Assembly (NCBI GenBank): GCA_964016885.1
Contig: OZ024740.1
Location: 120,280,001 to 120,344,000 of the forward strand
Direction of reading: 5' to 3'
From: Eledone cirrhosa
Taxonomy: Eukaryota
DNA: 64,000 bases
Shown here in pieces: positions 58,991 to 64,000 of this stretch. Below the pieces are notes generated by a model. The model was given only the letters and a program-made list of their open reading frames with translations, had not been told where the DNA came from and did not search any database. How positions within the stretch are numbered: position 1 is the first letter of the stretch; every line of letters begins with the position of its first letter. Both the position numbers and the translations under genes were made by a program.

Positions 58991-60528
58991 TATCCATGTG
59001 TGCCAACATCCACTAGCATTCCTTACCACTAGCCTTCCCTAGTACATATTGCCATCATCACTGTAGACCTCAACCTCATCCATATATATATAAAGGTACT
59101 TGAGACCAGTTATGATTCTACAGTCATCACTATTCATTGTATAGTGTTTATATTGATTTAAAAATCTTCCATTACACATTTATTTAACAAGTCCAACCAG
59201 ATCTCTCTGTAATGTTTTATCGCTGTAAAGGGAATTGAACCATAGAAACCATGCTTAAATGAAACATGAATAAGACATGATCATCTGACCTGTCTAGTTT
59301 CAGAGTATGACAACCTCTCCAACCGGTGTCAAACTCAAAAACAGTAAAACTCTGATGATAATGATGATGAAGTAATATTTCAAACAACTTATTAATGAGA
59401 AAGTTAGTCTTTTTTAATAAATTCATGTAAATTCTTGATTATTTTAAAAATCATTTGAAAATCCTAGTTGTTTTAAAGAATATGCTAATGAAAGGGTTAA
59501 AATGAGCAATAAGGCAATTTTAATGGAATTATAATCTGTTTAAGTTATTTGTTTATTTAAATTTAAAACTATTTGTTGTAAAAAAAAGAAGAAAATTAAT
59601 TATATTAACTATTTCTAGGAACTCTTTTTCTTAGAGGGGTCCATAATAAACAAGCAATTGCAGCTTGAATTTCAGTTTAAAAGTATTTGTGTTATTTTGC
59701 TTAAAATAATTTTTTAACTTGCTTTTACCCTTAATACCATGAACCAACTGTTTTATTGTAGTTAGATTATAGAATTTGGAATTTTAAAAATATTCAATTT
59801 ATAAAAATTAGAGGAAGGTAACATATATAAGGGTGAAAATTAAATATAAGGATAAATGTTTTTGTTTTTAGCTTCGAGCCATAAAGAAGCATTCATTTGT
59901 TAATTAATATGACATCTCCATCTGTTGAGAGGAACCATCCAGCTTCAAGTGAATTATATTTTGGTAAGACTAACAACAACAATACCATTTCCATATTGAA
60001 TAAGATCAATACCATATTTAAATTAAACAAAGAGAACTGGTTTTATATTGAAGATGAAAATACTGAGCGGGAGATAGAGATAGGAAAAGCAATAGATAGA
60101 TAGATATATAGAGAACTACAGATTGGTTGTGGTAGAGGGTAGATAGGGGATATATATTAATATAAAGATGATGCAATAAAAAAACTCAATTTATAAAAAT
60201 AAGTATTATTAAAGATGTTTATTTTCATTAATTATAAACAGTGTAAGATTTGAATACTAAGCAATATGAAAATAAAAAGAATTTGTTTTTCCAGCATGAC
60301 CTATATCAATACTATCAATCAGCATTATTTTCCCCTAACTAGATATACTTATCAAACAGTTGTTATTGATATAAAACATACTGTGCATTTCAGTTCCATT
60401 CCTCCAGGCCACCCTTACTTTCCACCTACTAAAAAGTGATTATATGCAAGATCAAATTGTAATCTCCATAGAAACTAATGCATGCATTAAGCATGGTGAA
60501 TAAAATACTTCACTCAGGCCCCTTGAGA

Positions 60529-60533
<5 letters not shown>

Positions 60534-60622
<89 letters not shown>
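60534..60622. repeat. (TA)n-(GA)n microsatellite
   Basis: Direct observation. Confidence 0.95.
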
Positions 60623-60624
<2 letters not shown>

Positions 60625-60725
60625 TGCATATACTTACAGACATATATATGATATATGTATGTATATTAATGTGCCTGTATCAATATAAGTATATGAATAT
60701 GTGTGTGTGTGTGTGTATATATATA

Positions 60726-61468
60726 TCATCATTATCGTTTAATGTTAATTTTTCCACGCTGGCATGGGTTGGACAAGTTGTTCTGTTGTGAGCAATACCG
60801 GGTCAGGTGACCATGTCTTGCTCATACAGGTTTGGTTTCTACAGTTGGATGCCATTCCTAGCACCAACGTCATTTACAGTGAATACTGGGTGCTTTTTGT
60901 CATGGTGCCTACATGACCACTTTACAGTGTGTACTCGGTGGTTTTTGCTATGACACGTACATGACCATTTTACATTGTGACTTGGATGCTTTTTGCTATG
61001 TCACCATCACAACCACTCTACAGCATGGGTTGGAGGCTTCACTGGATGAGTAATTCAGCTTGCCGTCATGGGAGATGTATCGGAGTGGACAGGGTGGGGT
61101 GGTGCATAATATACATGTATTCAGTCTTGGCCTGTGCCTGTGGGAAGTTATGTCTTCTGTATTACTGCATAATTGCCAAAGATCTTGGTCCTGAATCATT
61201 GCATTTGAGAGATGCAGTTGGGCAACATTGGCTTTTACCACCTCATCCAAAGTCTTCCTGGATCTCCCCACTCCATGGCTTCCATCGACTGAGTGCTCTG
61301 CACCTTTTTATTAAGCTGCCATCCTTCATTCGCATCACATGTCCATTCCAACACAATATCCTCTCCTGTACACTGCATCTGATTCCTCTTATGCCAAGTT
61401 ACTCCATCAGTATGTTTATGCTTTGTCATTTGTCTATTACACATCCATCGGAGCATGCAAGCTATATT
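60726..61468 (-). mobile_element. Older RTE 3' end (A/B-related)
   Basis: ACMLRWMCN..GRSRKTLDEVVKA..QLHLS; repeated 3' UTR units and ccaacccatgccagcgtggaaaa terminus. Confidence 0.85.
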
Positions 61469-61619
61469 CATAGAAAGATAGATATATAGATATACACATA
61501 AGCATATACATACATTTATATGAATATGCTAATGTATACAGATATATTAATATATATACACATTGGTTTAGAAAGGCCCTACAGGATGGAGTATATGAGA
61601 GGTATGATGTACTAGACAC

Positions 61620-62115
61620 ATAATGTAGAGAAGAACTGAAAATTCCTACATGACAACCATTTGCAAACTACTAAAGAGACTTGTGGCTGGAGTAAGGTGC
61701 CAGCCAGAGGGGTGATCAGCTGGTGGTGGAACAGCACAGTGGATAGGGCCATTAAGGCAAAGAGACAGGCATGGAAAGATTGGATAAATAAGGGTCTCAG
61801 AGACACATACCATGTAGATAATAGAGAAGCTAGATATATACAGGTATATATATACAGAGAGAAGCTAGATATATACTGGTATACACAGCTCAGAGAGACA
61901 CTGAAGAAAGAAAGTTTGCCAATGTCTTGAAACATGAGGACCGGACGTGAAGTGTTCTGCATTGCAAGGCAGTGTGTGTTAGTGTAAATTGAGATGTTGA
62001 GGAAATGTGATAAAAATAATGCTAGTGCACTTAGCAACACTAATGCAACAAAAAAAGTGACTAGCCACAACTTAGCCAACAGAAGGACCAGCTATTGAAG
62101 TTAACATTATAGGGT
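61620..62115 (+). mobile_element. Decayed internal RTE fragment
   Basis: ETCGWSKVPARGVISWWWNSTVDRAIKAKRQAWKDW. Confidence 0.8.
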
Positions 62116-62223
62116 CAAATAAATTACTATTACTGTAGCCTATTGCTTAGTGTAGAGTTTGATTGAAGAAAACTGCAGAAGTCTGTTGTGTGTGTATATA
62201 TATAAGATTCAGATTCTTAGATT

Positions 62224-62492
62224 CATTTTACGTCCGTTTTTCCCTGCTTGCAAGGGTGAGACGGGAACTGACTCTGGCTTGATTTCTACAGCTGGATGCC
62301 CTTCCTAACACCAACCTCATTTACAGTGAGTGCTGGGTGCTTTTTTGCCATGGCACCTCCACGACCACTTTGCAGAGCAATGTGAAATAAAGTGTCTTGC
62401 TCAAGGAAACAACACATCACCCGGTCTGAGAATTGAACTCACAACCTTTCGATTGAAAGGCCAATGCTCTAACCACTAAGCCATGTGCCTCC
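62224..62492 (-). mobile_element. SINE family 1 with internal deletion
   Basis: Reverse complement of the 34191 type, lacking about 55 bp of the middle; a separate 3'-tail fragment lies at 62510-62570. Confidence 0.9.
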
Positions 62493-62787
62493 ATATATAT
62501 ATATATACACATCATCATCATCATCATCATTTTACGTCCGCTTTTCCCTGTTTGCAAGGGTGGGACGGATATATACATATATATACATATATATATATAC
62601 ATATATATATATACATACATATGTATATATAATTTTATTAAAACTAAATAGTGAGCTATGTTACTATGGAGTTTCACTTGCTTCTCAGTGTCATCAGGAC
62701 TCAATATTTAATCCCAATAAAACGAATATTTAAATGCTATTTTGGTATTGAGTATTCTTTTCTCTCTTCCATCAACTACATACGTGT

Positions 62788-62851
<64 letters not shown>

Positions 62852-63573
62852 TTGAAAATATGTAACAAAGGAAGTTTTTGAAATCTGGTCTTCACATATT
62901 TTCATTTAAGTATCTACTGCCGTTCTTGTACCAGCCACATGATACCATATCTATGATAAAAAATGTGTATGGTCGAGTGCTTTTGCTTATTGTATCACAG
63001 TCGTCTAATTGGAATGTCTCAATCACAAACCCAGCTGCTTATTAGTTAAAATATACATCATAATATATATGTATATGAGTCTGTGTGTGTGTGTTTATTT
63101 ATTTTTGTGCAAGTTTTCGATCAAGTATGTCTGTGTTTATGACCCATAAATTAGCAGTTTGACAAATGGAGATCAATAAAATGACTAACAGGCTAAAAAA
63201 CAGTGAAATTTTGTTTATGTTTAAAGCAGGAAGCAATATAGGAAAGGTTTTGAAAATTAAATAAATAAATATTGAAGAGTAGGTGTTAAAGGAACAAAAC
63301 GCCAAAGTCAGAGTATTTGGGTAAACTAAAGGAGAAAGAGAAAAAATAGAAAGAAAAGAAGGGGAAAATGAAGACAAGAAAAGGTACTATTGATTGAAAA
63401 AAATCAGCAGAGTGAACACCTTTTATTTCAGACAAGAGAGAGGTATTGAAAGTGAGGGAGAGAAAGAGATAGGGGGAGAAGGAAAGAGAGAGAAAATGCG
63501 GGGTAAAATTACACATATGTAGAAATATTTTTTGTCATATTTATCATATATGTGTGCATATATATATATATGA

Positions 63574-63694
63574 ATGAAAAGATTCAAGACCCCTACGGCT
63601 GAGCTTCAGCCATTTCGACAGCTAGATCCAAACAGTTCGGATCTAGCTGTCGAAAAAGTCTGAGCTCGGCCGTCGGGGTCCTGAATCTTTTCAT
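63574..63694. repeat. 121-bp GC-rich foldback (hairpin MITE-like)
   Basis: atgaaaagattcaagacccctacggctgagcttcagccatttcgacagctagatcc-aaacagttc-ggatctagctgtcgaaaaagtctgagctcggccgtcggggtcctgaatcttttcat. Confidence 0.88.
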
Positions 63695-63697
63695 ATT

Positions 63698-63774
63698 ACC
63701 CACCCTACTACCCCATGTATTTAGTACTCTGGTGCATTATGGTCCACCTGGTATTTTACCACACCCTCTTTGTT
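63698..63774 (+). repeat. Short dispersed repeat, copy 4
   Basis: acccaccctactaccccatgtatttagtactctggtgcattatggtccacctggtattttaccacacc. Confidence 0.7.
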
Positions 63775-64000
63775 ATATACATATATATATATTTCTAGAG
63801 AGAGAAAGAGAAAGAAAGAGAGAGAAAGAGAGAGAAAGAAAGAGAGAGAAAGAGAGAGAGAGAAAGAAAGAGAGAGAGAGTTCAGGAAATCACAAGACAA
63901 ACACAGAGATGCAAAAATACAGTCTTATTAGTATTATACTTAGGAGGAAGTAGAAGAGTGTTTGACATTTCACATGCATACACACACATATATACACACA

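Noticed and set aside
59893-60015. Minus-strand signal-peptide-like ORF (MEMVLLLLVLPKYNSLEA) as first exon of the Ig gene
   Set aside because: No phase-1 GT donor was found to join the 56212 acceptor.

Overview
AT-rich, microsatellite-dense animal genomic DNA. The SINE and RTE repeat families look like those of octopus/coleoid cephalopods (inferred from recalled repeat motifs, not searched). Most of the window appears to be intron or intergenic sequence around a minus-strand immunoglobulin-superfamily gene (lachesin/DPR/DIP-like); only one clear exon is visible (56100-56212). The rest is transposon-derived. There is one apparently intact RTE-clade LINE (ORF 24950-28069: AP endonuclease plus RT with a PHD-type finger inside the RT), preceded by a perfect 10 x 98-bp tandem array. 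About a dozen truncated or decayed RTE copies from at least three subfamilies are present, plus a separate RTE with three C-terminal C2H2 fingers. Also present: a decayed HERO/R2-type element, a Penelope-like remnant with a hammerhead ribozyme motif, further degenerate hammerhead motifs, tRNA-derived SINEs, hAT- and piggyBac-type MITEs and several long hairpins. No prokaryotic genes, rRNA, true tRNA or CRISPR array were found. Coordinates of decayed repeats are approximate.
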